From Hemiscyllium ocellatum (lineage: Eukaryota), in contig NC_083407.1 of NCBI RefSeq assembly GCF_020745735.1, positions 79,227,857 to 79,291,856 on the forward strand: a DNA stretch of 64,000 nucleotides, in the 5' to 3' direction. The translations under genes were made by a program, and so were the position numbers. This document shows, one piece after another, positions 60,798 to 64,000 of the stretch. Each line of letters starts with the position of its first letter. Within the stretch, counting starts at the first letter, position 1. The notes beneath the pieces are model-generated. The model was not told the origin of the DNA. It saw nothing but the letters and a program-made list of their open reading frames with translations, and ran no database searches.

Positions 60798-63700
60798 TAG
60801 AGTCATAGAGATATACAGCACGGAAACACACCTTTCAGTTCAACTTGTCCATGCTGACCAGATATCCAAAATTAATCTAGTCCCACTTGCCAGCATTTTG
60901 CCCATATCCTTCAAAAAGCTTCCTATTCATGTACCCATCCAGATGCCTTTTAAATGTTATAATCGTACAGCCTCTACCACTTCCTCTGGCAACTCATTCC
61001 ACACATGCACCACTCTCTGCTTGAATAAGCTGCCCCATAGGTCCATTTAATATCTTTCCCCTCTCAGTTTAAATCTATGTCTTCTAGTTTTGGACTCGCC
61101 TACCCAGGGAAACAACTTTGACTATTGACCCATGCTTTGTAAGGTTGCCCCTCAGCCTTCGACACACCATAGAAAACAGCTCCAGCCTATTTAACTTCTC
61201 CCTGTAGCTCAAACCCTCCAACCCTGGCAACATCCCTGTTCATCTTTTCTGAACCCTTCCAAGTTCCACAACATCCTTCTGTAGGAGAGACCAGAATTGC
61301 TCACAATACTACAAAAGTGGTTTAACCAATATCCTGTATGGCTGTAACATGACCTCCCAACTTCTATACTCAATGCACTAACTAATAAAGGCAAGCATAC
61401 AAAATGACAAACGCCTTCTTCACTATCCCATTTACCTGCAACTCCACTTTTAAAGAACTATGAATCTGCACTCCAAGGTCTCTTTGTTCAGCAACACTCT
61501 CTAAGACCTTACCATTAAGTGTATAAGTCCTGCCCTGATTTGCCTTTCCAAAATACAGCACCTCACATTTATTTAAACTAAACTCCATCTGCAAATCTTC
61601 GGCCAATTGGCCCATCTCATCAAGATCCTATTGTACTCTTGAGAGACCTTCGCTATCCACTACACCTCCAACTTTAGTGTCATCTGCAAACTTACCATAC
61701 CTCCCATGTTCACAGTCAAGTCATTTACATCAATGAGGAAAAGCACTGGACACAGCATCGATTCTTGTGGCACGCCACTAGTCACAGATCTCCAATCTGA
61801 AAAACAACCTCCACCACCCTCTGTCTTGTACCTTCAAGCCAGTTCTGTATCCAAATAGCTAGTTGTCTCTGTATTCTGTGTGATCTAACCTTGCTAACCA
61901 GTCTATCATGAGGAACCTTATCAAACACCTTACTGAAGTCCATATGGATCCCATCCACCACTCTGCCCTCAGCATCCTTTTCACTACTACTTCAAAAAAA
62001 ATTAGTCAAGTTAGAGAGCCAGGATTTCCCATGTACAGACATTTTAACTGTCTCTTGTCAGTCCTTGTCTTTCCAAACACATGTAAATCCTGTCCCTGAG
62101 TATTTCCTCCAACAACTTGCCCACCACTGATGTCAAGCTCACCAGTCTATAGTTCCCTAGCTTTTCCTTACCACCTTTCTGAAATGGTGGCACTACATTA
62201 GCCAACCTCCAGTCTTCTAGCACCTCACCTCTGATACCTCAGCAAGGGGCCAAGCCATCTCACCCCTCGCTTCCCACAAGAGTTCGAGAGTTTACCTGAT
62301 CAGGTCCTGGGGATTTATCCACCTTTATGTGTTTTAAGATGTCCAGCACCGCCATGTCTATAATAATGACATTTTTCAAGATGTGTTTATTTCCCCACGT
62401 TCTCTTTCTTCCATATCCTTCTCCACAGTTAACATTGATACGAAATACCTGTTTAATATCTCATCTATCTTCTGCGGTTGCACATGTAGGCAAGCTCCCT
62501 AATCTTTAAGGGGCCCTATTCTGTCCTTAGTTACCCTTTTGTCCTTTATGTATTTGTGGAATCCCTTTGGAATCTCCTTAACCCTATTTGCCAAAGCTAT
62601 TTCATGTCCCCTTTTTGCCCTGCTGATTTTCTTCTTAAGTATATCCCTGCTGCTTTTATACTCTTTTAAAGATTCACTCAATACCTGACATATGCTTCTT
62701 TCTTTTTCTTGACCAAAACCTCGATTTCTCCAGTCATCCAACATTCCCTACACCTACCAGCCTTGCCCTTTACTCAGAGGGACATATTGTCTCTGGACTC
62801 TTGTTATCTCGTTATTGAATTCTCCCCAATTTCAAGCCATCCCTTTACCTGCAGACATTGCTCCGAGTCAACTTGTGAAAATTCTTCAAATATCATCAAA
62901 TTTGGCCTTCCTCCGGTTTAGAACTTGAACTTTTAGATCCGGTCTATCTTTTTCCAAGACTATTTTAAAACTGATAGAATTATGGTCACTGGCCCCAAAG
63001 TGCTCCACACACCTGAGTCACCTGCCCTGCCTTATTTCCCAAGTGTAGATCAAGGTTTGCACCTTCTCTAGTAGGTGCATCCATATTCTGAATCAGAAAC
63101 ATTTTCCTGTCCACACTTAACAAATTCCTCTCCATTCAAACCCTTAACACTATGGCAGTCCCATTCTATGTTTGGATAATGAAAATCCCCCATTATAACC
63201 ACTCTATTATTCTTACAAATAGCTGAGATCTCTTTACAAATTTGTTTCTCAATTTCCCATTGACTATTTGGGATCTGTAATACAAGGGTCAAAAAGTGTG
63301 GTGCTGGAAAAGCACAACTGGTCAGGCAGCATTTGAGGCAGGGGAGTTGACATTTCGAGCATAAACCTTTCATCAGGAATGATGAAGAGCTTATGCTTGA
63401 AATGTCGACTCTCCTCCTCCTTGGATGCTGCCTGACTGCTGTGCTTTTTCAGCACCGCATGTTTTGACTCTGAACCCCAGCATCTGCAGTCTTCACTTCC
63501 TCCTAGATCTACAATACAATCCCAGTAGGGTGATTATCCCTTTCTCATTTCTTACTTCCCTTAATGTATTCCCAGGAATGTGCTCCACAAGTACAACAGT
63601 AATGTTATCCTTAATCAAAAACACCACTCGTCCCTCCTCTCTTGCTCCCCTTTCTATCCTTCCTATAGCATCTATACGCTGTAACATTAAGTTGCCAGTC

Positions 63701-64000
63701 CTGTCCATCCCTGAGCCACATCTCTGAAATTGCTATGATAGCCCAATCTAACGAACCTAACCATGCCCACAGTTGATCTGCTTTATCTGTTAGCCTCTTG
63801 CATGGAAATAAATGCTGTTTAATTTATCAGTCCTATCTCATTCTCAGCTTTGCACCTGCCTGCCCTGATTGTTTGACTTCCTCCGTTTCCCAATTGTATC
63901 TGTGTCAGACTGCTATCTTACCTCAGCATACTAGTTTAAATCCTTTTGGGCAGGTCTAACAAATCTCCCCGCCAGTATATTAGCACCCTTCCAATTCAGG
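60798..64000 (-). mobile_element. CR1 LINE ORF2, runs off the window end, interrupted at 63286-63505
   Basis: 'MEFSLNKCEVLYFG', 'QRDLGVQIHSSLKV', 'VIMGDFHYPNIEW' and the CR1 tail at ~60800. Confidence 0.9.
63286..63505. mobile_element. Inverted-dimer Penelope-pLTR element with ~14-bp TSD
   Basis: Arms ~63286-63375 and ~63380-63470 meet at ...tcatcaggaat|gatgaag. TSD gatct(gt/ac)aatacaa at 63272-63285 and 63506-63519. Confidence 0.8.

Overview
Eukaryotic, repeat-rich vertebrate DNA. The CR1/HE1-type LINE-SINE content suggests a cartilaginous fish (inference). Three host genes are supported. (1) ADAT3 (+): one coding exon at 7238-8287 (349 aa), with a probable non-coding first exon near 4.2-4.36 kb. 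(2) ORMDL1 (-): three coding exons giving a complete 153-aa protein. (3) The 5' part of PMS1 (+): coding exons at 50348-50479 and 52065-52247. ORMDL1 and PMS1 are head-to-head around a CpG-rich promoter at ~31.9-32.25 kb. Most of the rest is nested retroelements: many CR1 LINEs (one near full length), tRNA-derived SINEs, a decayed RTE LINE, a Tx1-like fragment with a TSD, and a Penelope-like element (RT plus GIY-YIG). The most notable signal not covered by the ORF track is a set of about 20 minimal type-I hammerhead ribozyme motifs (CUGANGA-A-stemII-GAAA-palindromic helix III), ranging from intact to relic, in about four sequence families. They sit in Penelope pLTR-derived short non-autonomous elements, several as inverted dimers or tandem ladders with 13-17 bp TSDs. 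A second signal is a degenerate 33-bp tandem array that starts at the PMS1 exon-1 donor and has been split by later insertions. Repeat boundaries are approximate and no database search was run.
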